Positions 8,925-18,571 of a stretch of DNA of 64,000 bases are shown here, piece by piece. The DNA lies in assembly GCA_038243585.1 (NCBI GenBank), contig JBBSQY010000001.1:96001-160000 (forward strand). The letters are read 5' to 3'. The stretch's first letter is position 1. Each line of letters opens with the position of its first letter. Both the position numbers and the translations under genes were made by a program. Source of the DNA: Candidatus Sumerlaeales bacterium (lineage in GTDB: Bacteria; Sumerlaeota; Sumerlaeia; Sumerlaeales; Sumerlaeaceae). A model generated the notes under the pieces. That model did no database searches, had not been told where the DNA came from, and saw only the letters and a list, made by a program, of their open reading frames with translations.

Positions 8925-11000
8925 ATGACTTTTATTCCCCGTTTATGCGCCGTAGCTGCGCTGTTGGGAACAACCTTTTCCCTGTCCGCGGCTGACTATT
9001 ATGTAGCCGACACCGGGCGCACCGCCCGCACCGAGGTGTCAACCTCCGCCGCTCTTTCCATAGTTGGAGATGACGGCCATAATCACACCCCAGGCGATGG
9101 CCATGATCATGGCCCCGATGATTCCGGCCCGATAGATGAAATGACCGTTAAACAGATGGTTTCTCCTGAGGTGGAGGCGGCCATTCTGAGCAGCGGCATT
9201 GACAAGCTGGGCGTACAGAATGAAGGCGTGGAGAGCACCCTGCGCACGTTTGCGGAGATTCAGGTTACCGCCATCACCGGCAAAACAAAGTATGAGGGCA
9301 TGGACCCGGTTTACGCCGTGCTGGGGATGATCTACCAGAACATGAGCTGGGCGCGGGTGCCGATGATTCCAGTTGAAGACGCGGAATTGGCAAAGGCTTT
9401 CGGGCTTGATCCCAACAAGCACAACCGCGTGAGCAGCGTGTGGGTGATGAAAACGCCTAAAGCCCGCATGATGGTGATGAGCAAGCTGCAGGGGATGGAA
9501 TCCCCCGAGGCGGCCGCGCTGTCTGACGACGCGGCGAAGGCGCTTCAAAATTTTTCTTACCGGCTGGGTACGTTTTTGAATCTGCCTGGCGAACTGAAAA
9601 TCGTGCCGATGGCGGGCAATCCCGGCGTATGGCTGGCTCCACTACACCTGGAGCGCCCGGAACTGCTGACCGGGATGGATGAGACGCTGGCCCGGGACGT
9701 AGCGGGTCTGGATAAAAAAGTACAGCCTTACAAGGAATTGATGAGCCTGGACACGGCCCTGAAAGACGCTTTCAATGTAAAAAAGACGGATGGGCTTGCT
9801 GCCTCGACTGGAGCATTTCTGGCCGCCGCCGAGAACGCGGACGGTTATATGTCCCCTCTCAAACGGCAGATGGATTATCTGCAGACGACGATTCATCCGT
9901 TTAAGCGGTCAGCTCAGCTTTTCATGCTGGCCTTTTTTGGCTTTCTCATTTACCTGGCGCTGTTGCGCCGGCAGCGCGGTCCGGCGCCTCGCAATGACGA
10001 GCCGAGGGGCCAGGGGCTAGTGGATGGCCGGGCGGAGGAGTATTCTCCCGGCGGCAAGGATTCTGTTACGTCTCCCATGGCCACGGCTTTGCAGGGGCTA
10101 AACCTGGCACCGGCCATGGCAATGAACGCCGATGGCGCTGATGCGGGCCCAATTGGGGGTTTTCCATCGACAGGGGTCGCTTTTGACAATACCGGTGCCC
10201 GCAACTATGGGGATCCCGTGACCACTGCGACGCTTGAGATTCCAAAGGGAAGCCGCATTTCGTGGGGCATTGCGTTCGGGCTGATGGTGGCGGCGACGGT
10301 TGCGCTGGTGCTTGCACTGGCGAATCGCGCTTATCTCGGCGGACGTATGCCTGTTTCCAATATGTATGAATCCATCACCTTTGCTATGGGCGCGTTTGCA
10401 GTCGTTTCCTGCTTTTACGAAGCGATCCATCGCCGCGCATGGGTAGGAGTGGGGGCCAGTTTCGCCGGATGGGTCCTAATGACCATGGCTAACAGCATGC
10501 CGCTTCATGCCCGCAAAATTGATCCGCTGGTTGCGGTACTCAATTCCGTCTGGCTGAACTTCCACGTGACCTCCCTTCTTATCAGCTATAGCCTGTTCTT
10601 ACTGGCTTTCGTGTTTGGGGTTCTATTTCTGATCAAAGACTTGACCGGAAACCGTGCAGGTGTGCTGCCGCGCGCAGAGACATTTGAATACCTGACCTAT
10701 CGATCCGTTCAGTTTGGCTGGCCGCTGCTGACCCTGGGAATCTTTTTAGGCGCGGTGTGGGCAAATACAGCGTGGGGAAGCTTCTGGAGCTGGGATCCGA
10801 AGGAAACCTGGGCGCTTATCACATGGCTCACGTACACGATTTACCTGCATTTGCGCATCAATCTGGGGTGGAACGGGAAGCGTTCCATCGTGGCCAGTAT
10901 GATAGGTTTCGTGATGGTGTTGCTGACCTATTTCGGGGTTTCCTACCTGCCGGGTCTGGCTGGCGGAATGCATTCCTATGCAGAACCAATCACTCGGTAA
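8925..11000 (+). CDS. ccsA: System II cytochrome c biogenesis protein (CcsA/ResC heme lyase domain with large N-terminal extracytoplasmic region)
   Basis: WWD motif WGSFWSWDPKETW, PVSNMYES, WLNFHV, GMHSY; start placed at ATG 8925 where a signal peptide begins. Confidence 0.88.
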   Translation: MTFIPRLCAVAALLGTTFSLSAADYYVADTGRTARTEVSTSAALSIVGDDGHNHTPGDGHDHGPDDSGPIDEMTVKQMVSPEVEAAILSSGIDKLGVQNEGVESTLRTFAEIQVTAITGKTKYEGMDPVYAVLGMIYQNMSWARVPMIPVEDAELAKAFGLDPNKHNRVSSVWVMKTPKARMMVMSKLQGMESPEAAALSDDAAKALQNFSYRLGTFLNLPGELKIVPMAGNPGVWLAPLHLERPELLTGMDETLARDVAGLDKKVQPYKELMSLDTALKDAFNVKKTDGLAASTGAFLAAAENADGYMSPLKRQMDYLQTTIHPFKRSAQLFMLAFFGFLIYLALLRRQRGPAPRNDEPRGQGLVDGRAEEYSPGGKDSVTSPMATALQGLNLAPAMAMNADGADAGPIGGFPSTGVAFDNTGARNYGDPVTTATLEIPKGSRISWGIAFGLMVAATVALVLALANRAYLGGRMPVSNMYESITFAMGAFAVVSCFYEAIHRRAWVGVGASFAGWVLMTMANSMPLHARKIDPLVAVLNSVWLNFHVTSLLISYSLFLLAFVFGVLFLIKDLTGNRAGVLPRAETFEYLTYRSVQFGWPLLTLGIFLGAVWANTAWGSFWSWDPKETWALITWLTYTIYLHLRINLGWNGKRSIVASMIGFVMVLLTYFGVSYLPGLAGGMHSYAEPITR

Positions 11001-11095
11001 TGTCGGGCACGCTTAAAGCGTGATCATTTTTCGTGCAGTCAGCAAAACGATGTACGATTAAGTGGGAGTTAAGTCCGGAAATCGAGTAATTTTCG

Positions 11096-11701
11096 GTGTT
11101 AGACAGTGACGATGCAGATCGGATGGGTGCCATGATGACGGAACAGAAAATTTCAGCCGGAAACAGTATGGGGGATCAGGAAGCGCATGATTCTATATGC
11201 TTTGCCGCGTTGCCGGACGACATCGTCGTCGTGCGGATTAGCGGTCGTGGCACGTTCCATAACAGCATGGAGTTGCGTCGCCTGGCGGATGCTATCGTCC
11301 GCCAGAAGGTAGCACCGGCCCCTCAATTTATCGTCGATCTGGAAAACTGTATTACCATGGATTCCACTTTCATGGGAGTGCTGGCAAGCATTGGACTGCG
11401 GCAGTTGAAACAGGTAGGCAAACAGCTGGTAGTGGCCAATGCGAATCAGCAAAACGTACGTCTATTGACAACCCTGGGCTTAACGCAGTTCATCACTGTG
11501 CGACAATGTCAGGAAGATGCTTTGCGGATCTCTGATGACGAATTTCAATGCATGATCCGCGAGGACGTTAGCCGCACGGATCGGATAGTTCACATGATAG
11601 AAGCCCATAGAGATTTGTGTCAGGCGGATCCTTCAAACAATCTAAGGTTTGAAAGCGTCTTAAAATACCTGAATGACAGCTTGGAGAACGAACCAAAGTA
11701 G
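11096..11701 (+). CDS. STAS-domain anti-sigma-factor antagonist-like protein
   Basis: IVDLENCITMDSTFMGVL (phosphoacceptor DS motif), RLLTTLGL; true start may be 11123 or 11132. Confidence 0.85.
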   Translation: MLDSDDADRMGAMMTEQKISAGNSMGDQEAHDSICFAALPDDIVVVRISGRGTFHNSMELRRLADAIVRQKVAPAPQFIVDLENCITMDSTFMGVLASIGLRQLKQVGKQLVVANANQQNVRLLTTLGLTQFITVRQCQEDALRISDDEFQCMIREDVSRTDRIVHMIEAHRDLCQADPSNNLRFESVLKYLNDSLENEPK

Positions 11702-11811
11702 GATCTGAGTAGATCAGGGCTATGGCGCTTGTAAATCCGTCTTATCTCAAATGCGCCTGACGAGATAATTATCGGAAATAACCTCAATTCTATTAAGACC
11801 TTTAAACATTC

Positions 11812-12933
11812 GTGGTAGGATTAACGGGCGACCAAGCGCCAATAACTTCCTTTCAGGGACTTAGACTTTTGACGACGACTCAACTTAAGACCTTATCAAA
11901 ACAGCATCTCTTTCTATTAATTAACGCGGGGCTGATCCTAACAACACTTCTATCCGGACCATCGGCCTTTGCCCAAGCCAGCAATACCACGAACCTAGAA
12001 GGCGTGGATATAACCTTGTCCCTGGACAAGACCCGCGTTCATGTGGGCGAGCCGGTGATACTTAATATCACTATGGAAAACTCATCCGGGGTGCCCAGGG
12101 TTAATCTGCTGGCGAATTTCCAATTGCCGGAAGGCAATAACCTGGAGGTCACTGTGCAACCGGCGGGAGAACTGGATTATCGTTACGCAGGCGCTTTCGA
12201 TCCGGGAACGTTTCCGTCCATTCCGATTTCTTTGTATAGGAACGATCCAAAATCTCTCGATACACTACTTCTTTATGACAGAAAACAAGATTCCGGGCTT
12301 CTTTTCAGCAAGCCGGGTAAATATGAGGTTTCTGCTAAGTTTAAATTAAGGATTGGTGGCAGCGTTAATTTTTCAACCGCCAACCTTCCGCCTGTGGCGA
12401 TTGATGTGGTTCCCGCGGTGGGTCTCGACCTGGAAGCACTTGGACTGCTAAAGGAACCTGATACAATCCGGGCATTACACCTGGGGGTTATTCCCACAAC
12501 CGGAAGTCTACTGAATACCGTTGTCGATCTGGCAAAACGCTACCCGTCAACAGCCGTTGGTACGCTAGCCATGCGCGCTGCGGGCCACTATTATGCACGC
12601 GGAAACGGCAATGATCTGGAGCGGGGAACCCAGCTGCTGCAAGACTTCATAGCCTCGGGACGTGTTCCCGTTGATCTTGATGGTACTGCCTGGACGATCA
12701 TGACTTCCTACCATCTGAACAAAAAGTTTGATCTGGCGAGAGAATGGGCGTTTTATCTAATTCGCACATATCCTGAGTCCATCCGAATTCGGGCCGAAGA
12801 TGCACTCCTTTATTATTATTACTATGAGCCGGAGCAGTTCGCCTCTGAAATACCCTGGTATTTATTTAAAGCTCCGTGGGTAGTTCCTGGCGTCGAACCG
12901 CCGACTGATCTGAAACCGCGCCAGGGTGAGTAA
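11812..12933 (+). CDS. Exported hypothetical protein (Ig-like beta region followed by helical TPR-like region)
   Basis: Long ORF; signal-like segment ending SAFAQ; VHVGEPVILNITMEN...KPGKYEV; start uncertain. Confidence 0.65.
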   Translation: MVGLTGDQAPITSFQGLRLLTTTQLKTLSKQHLFLLINAGLILTTLLSGPSAFAQASNTTNLEGVDITLSLDKTRVHVGEPVILNITMENSSGVPRVNLLANFQLPEGNNLEVTVQPAGELDYRYAGAFDPGTFPSIPISLYRNDPKSLDTLLLYDRKQDSGLLFSKPGKYEVSAKFKLRIGGSVNFSTANLPPVAIDVVPAVGLDLEALGLLKEPDTIRALHLGVIPTTGSLLNTVVDLAKRYPSTAVGTLAMRAAGHYYARGNGNDLERGTQLLQDFIASGRVPVDLDGTAWTIMTSYHLNKKFDLAREWAFYLIRTYPESIRIRAEDALLYYYYYEPEQFASEIPWYLFKAPWVVPGVEPPTDLKPRQGE

Positions 12934-12938
12934 TAAAA

Positions 12939-13817
12939 ATGCCTTTGTCTAACTCCCCGGCACCGTCGTGGCGCTGGAAGGTGCGCGGGCGCGACTTTGA
13001 CCTGCGCGAAAAGACGCTGATCATGGGCGTTCTCAATCTGACGCCGGATTCTTTCAGCGACGGAGGCCGCTTTTACGATAGTAACTCCGCCCTGGTTCAC
13101 GGCGAAGCGCTGGTGGAAGCCGGAGCGGATATCATAGACCTGGGCGCGAAAAGCACAAGGCCGGGAAGCATTGATGATACTGTATCGGCGGATGAGGAGT
13201 GGATCCGTCTTGAACCTGTCCTTAAGACACTGAGAACGAGATTTCCGACACTTATGCTTAGCGTGGACACTTACCGAGGTGCAACGGCGGAACGCGCGCT
13301 GGATGCGGGCGCCGATATAATTAATGACATTTACGCGCTGCGCCACTCGCCTGAGATTGCGAGCCACTGTGCCAGTCACGGGGCGGGGCTATTGTTAATG
13401 CACATGCAGGGGACGCCGGAGACAATGCAGGCAAACCCGGTCTACGAAAATGTACTTGCGGAAATACGAGACCAGCTGCGGGCGGCCATGGACACGGCAA
13501 CGGCGGCAGGCCTCCCGGAAGATAATGTGGCCGTGGACCCGGGCATTGGATTCGGAAAGACGGTGGAGCATAACATTGAAATTCTTGCAGGACTTGAGTA
13601 CCTGCGCCTTATGCAGCGGCCTATTTGCGTTGGCGCGTCACGCAAGGGTTTCCTGGGTAAACTGACCGGCGGACTGCCGGTAGATGAGCGCGAGGAAGCC
13701 ACCCTTGCAGCCCATTGCGCCGCGATCCTTCACGGCGCTACGATCATACGAACGCACAACGTTCAAGCGGCAACACGCTCGGTCGCGGTAATTGATGCAA
13801 TCCGGCAGCGAATGTAG
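12939..13817 (+). CDS. folP: Dihydropteroate synthase
   Basis: MGVLNLTPDSFSDGG, STRPG, DPGIGFGK, SRKGF, IIRTHNV. Confidence 0.96.
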   Translation: MPLSNSPAPSWRWKVRGRDFDLREKTLIMGVLNLTPDSFSDGGRFYDSNSALVHGEALVEAGADIIDLGAKSTRPGSIDDTVSADEEWIRLEPVLKTLRTRFPTLMLSVDTYRGATAERALDAGADIINDIYALRHSPEIASHCASHGAGLLLMHMQGTPETMQANPVYENVLAEIRDQLRAAMDTATAAGLPEDNVAVDPGIGFGKTVEHNIEILAGLEYLRLMQRPICVGASRKGFLGKLTGGLPVDEREEATLAAHCAAILHGATIIRTHNVQAATRSVAVIDAIRQRM

Positions 13818-13838
13818 CAGCGCTAAACGCTGCCATTC

Positions 13839-15053
13839 TTAAAATGGAGGATGAGGGCCAAACATTGGGCCACCCTGCATCATCGGCATAGGCGGCGGCA
13901 TAAGCCCGAAAGGTGGTGGCATACCTACGGGTCCCATGGGCATACCGAACTGTCCTTCGGTAACATGGCGGGACATTACAGTTTCCTGCACCGGGGCAAA
14001 GTCAATTTCCGATTGCCGGGGGGATGTTGCTTGCTGTTTAATTGCTTCACCGCGAGTTATGCTGACCGATTGAGCTCTGATGACGGGTCTGCCGTTCGCG
14101 CCGCCGATCTCGCGGCCTTTTATGGAAACAAAGGATCCCGGCGCGGGAACATCCTCATCCTCATCTTCCAATATCACCTGGATCATCCGGCTATCATCGG
14201 TGTTCAGCAAAATCCGCGGCTTACCATCGGACGATCGCATCATTCCCACAACTTGACCGGACATCGACTGCCGTTCACCGTTTCCGCTCGCGCCGCTGCG
14301 TTCAGGCTGCATTTGACCACCATTGGTCCGTGCAGCCGCCTGCTCCGCCTTCCGCTCTTCATCGCCTATCGGCATTGAAGTTTTAACGCTTATCCCGCTC
14401 CCAAGCTCTTTGGTTGATACCGTTTCAATAATGGTCTTTTCCGGAACAGCTGTGCTGTCGGAATCCTCACTATAAAAAGAATTGCCTTCATTGGATTTGC
14501 TTTTGGACTCCTTTGACGACGCAACGGTCTTCTCGTTTTTTGCGGATTTCGGAGTGTTCTTTTCTGGAGTTTTGGCTTCAACCTTATCCAGGTTTTTCAC
14601 ATCTGACTTTGCCTCCGCCTGCACCTTAGCCGTGGCCTCTGCGGCCGCTTTTTTCTCACTATCGGCCGATTTAATAACCGATTTAGCCATCTCAGCTTTC
14701 TTATCAGCGGCAGCCTTTTTCGCTTCTGCGGCTTTTACTGCAGCCTGCTCTGACTCGTTCAACTCTGTTTTGCGACGTGTTTCCGCCGCTAAAACCGCTG
14801 CCTCGTCAGCCCGCTTTTTAATCTCGTCCTTTTGTTCTTCCTGGGCCAGTTTCGCGGCCTTTTGTTCCTCCAACTCCAGCCGAGCGTCTTCCATTGCCTT
14901 GCGCATAAGCCGGTCACGTTCCGCATCCGAAATGTGATTTTTCGCTGCCGACCCCGCAGCGGTCTGGCTTGTCGCATCCTGGCCCACAGCCGTCCAACTT
15001 CCGGCGATCCCGATTATGGTTAGAATTCCAACAATTGCAAGACTTCTGGACAC
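13839..15053 (-). CDS. Exported hypothetical protein: Ala/Glu/Lys coiled coil, probable OB-fold-like domain, Met/Pro/Gly tail
   Basis: GTG start with GAGGTGG upstream; signal peptide; low-complexity segments. Confidence 0.7.
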   Translation of the reverse strand: MSRSLAIVGILTIIGIAGSWTAVGQDATSQTAAGSAAKNHISDAERDRLMRKAMEDARLELEEQKAAKLAQEEQKDEIKKRADEAAVLAAETRRKTELNESEQAAVKAAEAKKAAADKKAEMAKSVIKSADSEKKAAAEATAKVQAEAKSDVKNLDKVEAKTPEKNTPKSAKNEKTVASSKESKSKSNEGNSFYSEDSDSTAVPEKTIIETVSTKELGSGISVKTSMPIGDEERKAEQAAARTNGGQMQPERSGASGNGERQSMSGQVVGMMRSSDGKPRILLNTDDSRMIQVILEDEDEDVPAPGSFVSIKGREIGGANGRPVIRAQSVSITRGEAIKQQATSPRQSEIDFAPVQETVMSRHVTEGQFGMPMGPVGMPPPFGLMPPPMPMMQGGPMFGPHPPF

Positions 15054-15161
15054 TATGCCACCTCTATCATTTTACTCTGTCTACCGGTAGACAGGGGTTT
15101 GGACAAAAAAGATTCGAAAACGATACAACCGTTTGTATCTTATGGCATGGTTTGTTCCAGA

Positions 15162-16088
15162 TCATCCACTCTTCTGAGGAACGGGCTCAACCGATGACTT
15201 TTTGTCCTCTACGGACGCGTTCCGCGTCGGCCACGAAACTAATACCACCGCGCCAATTATCAGACAAGCCGCAATCAGACTTCGCCCGGTCACCACCTCT
15301 CCAGCTACCGCCCAGCCGATAAAGACAGCTACTACAGGATTGACATACGCGTAAGTAGACGCCACGGCAGGGGTCGCATGGCGAAGCACGTAAATGTACG
15401 CGCTAAAACCGACCAACGACCCAAATACGACAAGGTACAATAAGGCCAGCCAGGAATCCAGCGTAACAGCCGCAACATCAAATCCCTGGTGTTCGCCGCT
15501 GACAAATCCTGCCGTGGTTAGCAACACGAACCCGACAAGCATTTGCAAAGCCGACATCATAACGGGACTCGCCTGCGAATGCAGCGTCTTAGAATAGATC
15601 GACCCGACGCTCCAGGCAAACGACGCTGCCACGACAACCAGACCAGGAACCAGCGGGACATGGCCAGCCACTCCGGATATCCGACCCGGGCCAATCAAAA
15701 TAATAAGGCCGATAAAACCGATGACGAGGCCGCCTATGGCCAGGGGTCCAGGCCGCGGCCCCTTCAGCCAAAGCCAGCCCAGCAACTGAAACCAGAACGG
15801 CCCCGATCCTACCATGAGAGCGGTTAGCCCGCTTGGCACATATTGTTCCGCATAGGTGACTCCCCCGTTGCCACACAACAGAAGAAGAAATCCCATAATG
15901 GCCGCGGATTTCCACATATGCCTCTGGATGCGCTCCCCTTTGATATAACGCATATAACCGTACAGGATACTGCCGGCCAGTAAAAACCTGAAACCTGCCA
16001 TGAAAAAAGGGGGTATCGTATGAATTGCGCGCGCGATGGCTAAATAGGTCGAACCCCAAAACACATAAACGAGCAGCAACGCCGTCAC
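15162..16088 (-). CDS. EamA/DMT-family transporter (YedA-like)
   Basis: VYVFWGSTYLAI, RFLLAG, YLVVFGSLVGFSAY, YAYVNPVVAVF. Confidence 0.92.
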   Translation of the reverse strand: MTALLLVYVFWGSTYLAIARAIHTIPPFFMAGFRFLLAGSILYGYMRYIKGERIQRHMWKSAAIMGFLLLLCGNGGVTYAEQYVPSGLTALMVGSGPFWFQLLGWLWLKGPRPGPLAIGGLVIGFIGLIILIGPGRISGVAGHVPLVPGLVVVAASFAWSVGSIYSKTLHSQASPVMMSALQMLVGFVLLTTAGFVSGEHQGFDVAAVTLDSWLALLYLVVFGSLVGFSAYIYVLRHATPAVASTYAYVNPVVAVFIGWAVAGEVVTGRSLIAACLIIGAVVLVSWPTRNASVEDKKSSVEPVPQKSG

Positions 16089-16239
16089 AAGCCGGGCAGG
16101 AATAGTCTTACCCCCAGACCCTGGTCTGCAAAATCAACAAGTGCCATAATCCATCTGAGCCCGAAAACATTAATATGTGCGAAGATTACGCAGGCTTGCC
16201 TTCTATTCATCACTCACATCAAATGAAAGCGACAACGCG

Positions 16240-17292
16240 ATGAACTCGAAAGTAGTACTGTTAATTGCAGCCATAGTAGTGGTTGGTGGAGGCTATTTCG
16301 CCGTCCAGAATCTAACATCTGTCAACGAAGTGGATGGCGGGATCGCTCAGCAAACCGGGCCAACGGCAGAGACCGAGCCCGTGACAAGCGTTTCCACAAT
16401 GGACACAGAAGCAGACGCTCGAATTAGCGCTGTAGATGCAGACAAGACAGCGCGCAGACCAGACACGGGGGGCAGAACCTTCAATCGCACAGAAGGTGCC
16501 GCGGCAATCGACGTGACCCCCGCGACAACGACCTCACAGCAACTCGCGGTTATTCCCGTTCAGACTCCACAAACTACGACAACTGAAGAGAGCATGGACA
16601 ATAACCGCACCATCGCCGATCTCGCCAGCATGTTCCGAACGAAAACAGATCCGGATGACCGTATTGATATCGCCGATGAACTGGGGCTAATTGACGACCC
16701 GGCGGGCATCAGAAAAGTGCTTGAACTCCTGAGAGACGAGAAGGACGTTACCGTGCAGGCTGCTCTATTGGAAGCTATGCAAGGGTTGGAAGCCCTTGAA
16801 GCAACCGGACCAGAGGTGTTGCAGGCGGTAGCCGGAATATTGGGAAGCACTACAGACACGGACGTTCGTATCGCCGCTCAGGATTTGCTTGGTGATATTG
16901 CTAATGCGGAAGCGGCCTCGCTTCTGGCAGCGGAACGTGCGAATGAGCAGGCTGATCCGGCGGAGAGGCTGAACGCCGCAGAGAATCTTTTGAGCGTGGG
17001 GGCGGGAGAACCAGAGCTGGTTCCGGCTCAGGAGATGGCCGCTATTACGCAGCAGCTTAAGGAAGACTATCAGGCCGGACCGGACGCAGCCTTCAGAACT
17101 CAGGCAATTATGGCGCTTGGTATCAATGGACGCGAGAATGTCGAGTTTTTACAACAGGCCGCACAGACGGAACAGGATCCACAGTTAAAAACACTGATTG
17201 ACCGTATGGTTCGGATGTTTACGGCAGCCCCACCGACCTCGCCACCTCCCGGCACTATTGTGACTCCTGTGCCAACGCTGGACACTCAGTAA
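16240..17292 (+). CDS. Membrane-anchored HEAT-repeat protein
   Basis: N-terminal hydrophobic helix; repeats such as DVRIAAQDLLGDI and FRTQAIMALG. Confidence 0.7.
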   Translation: MNSKVVLLIAAIVVVGGGYFAVQNLTSVNEVDGGIAQQTGPTAETEPVTSVSTMDTEADARISAVDADKTARRPDTGGRTFNRTEGAAAIDVTPATTTSQQLAVIPVQTPQTTTTEESMDNNRTIADLASMFRTKTDPDDRIDIADELGLIDDPAGIRKVLELLRDEKDVTVQAALLEAMQGLEALEATGPEVLQAVAGILGSTTDTDVRIAAQDLLGDIANAEAASLLAAERANEQADPAERLNAAENLLSVGAGEPELVPAQEMAAITQQLKEDYQAGPDAAFRTQAIMALGINGRENVEFLQQAAQTEQDPQLKTLIDRMVRMFTAAPPTSPPPGTIVTPVPTLDTQ

Positions 17293-17342
17293 GCCCGGTG
17301 GGCGACAGATTCTGTTGGGCATATGCGCTCTTCATACTTGAG

Positions 17343-17367
17343 GCAGGGACGGCTCGTCGAGCCGCCC
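17343..17367 (+). repeat. REP-like palindrome (family B)
   Basis: GCAGGGACGGCTCGTCGAGCCGCCC hairpin; related copies at 60394 and 60454. Confidence 0.6.
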
Positions 17368-17374
17368 GCCTCAC

Positions 17375-18442
17375 ATGCGCATTAGCACGGACATCCCTTC
17401 TTTCATGAACCCAAGCGGACAGAAAATCATCGATAAAATGGAAGCGCTGGTTCGCCTGGCGCCCCGGCGTATCCTGCTGCCGGAAGGCTCCTACGACGCG
17501 CGAACGCTCCACGCCGCCAGCGAGCTGGCCCGCCATGGCCAGGTGCAACCGATCATTTGCGGGTCAAAAGCGGTCCTGTGCGAACTGGCTTCTCAGGAGT
17601 CTGTTGATCTGGAGGGCATAGAGGTTCTTGATCCGGAGGCCGACTCGGGACTGCTCCATGATATGATCATGTTGTATGACGAAAAAATGAAAGCAGCCGG
17701 GAAAATCGCCTCCGGTAATTCCCAAGTCAGCGATCCTCTTTATTTTTCAGGCTTGATGTTGTCTCTGGGCTGGGCAGACGGAATGGTCGCCGGCGCCGCA
17801 AATACAACCGCGGACGTTTTTCGCGCAGTCATCCGCTGTGTAGGCATGGCGACGGGCATCAGTACTGTGTCCAGCTGTTTCATAATGGCACTGCCAGATG
17901 AATCTCCCATGGGGGCCAGGGTGCTGCTCTTCGCGGATTGTGCTCTTGTAGTTGATCCTCCTGCAGACCAGTTAGCTGATATTGCAATCTCTAGCGCGGA
18001 GACATGCCGCTGGTTGCTGGGAGAAGAGCCCCGCATCGCCATGCTGTCGTTTTCTACCCGCGGCAGTGCTCAGCACCCTTCGGTCACCAAAATGCGTGAA
18101 GCCGCCGCCTTGGTTAACAAGCGCAGACCAGAATTGATCTGTGATGGTGAACTCCAGCTCGACGCCGCCCTGGTGCCCGCCGTAGCCAGTCGAAAAGCGC
18201 CGGGATCGGTATTAGGGGGAGATGCCAACATCCTTGTCTTTCCAGATCTGGACGCCGGAAACATAGCTTACAAGCTCATCCAGAGGCTGGCGGGCGCAGA
18301 CGCCCTCGGCCCACTATTGCAGGGTCTTGCCCGGCCGGTAAGCGACCTTAGCCGAGGATCATCCGTGTCCGACATCGTCGCGGCGGCAAAGCTGACGGCT
18401 GCGAGAGTAAACGCAGGATTGGCCCCAGGCACGACTTTGTAA
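17375..18442 (+). CDS. pta: Phosphate acetyltransferase (PTA_PTB)
   Basis: [53 protein letters not shown]; start may be 17405. Confidence 0.93.
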   Translation: MRISTDIPSFMNPSGQKIIDKMEALVRLAPRRILLPEGSYDARTLHAASELARHGQVQPIICGSKAVLCELASQESVDLEGIEVLDPEADSGLLHDMIMLYDEKMKAAGKIASGNSQVSDPLYFSGLMLSLGWADGMVAGAANTTADVFRAVIRCVGMATGISTVSSCFIMALPDESPMGARVLLFADCALVVDPPADQLADIAISSAETCRWLLGEEPRIAMLSFSTRGSAQHPSVTKMREAAALVNKRRPELICDGELQLDAALVPAVASRKAPGSVLGGDANILVFPDLDAGNIAYKLIQRLAGADALGPLLQGLARPVSDLSRGSSVSDIVAAAKLTAARVNAGLAPGTTL

Positions 18443-18571
18443 GCAGCAACTGCAGTCGTTTTCTATTGAGGGCGGGGAAAAAGGCTGATCAGGTCCTGTT
18501 ATCGAGTCGATTACTGTCGATTGCACGTCAATTGGTCCTGAAAGAAGCGAGGTTGGAACAGCCTTCTATAG

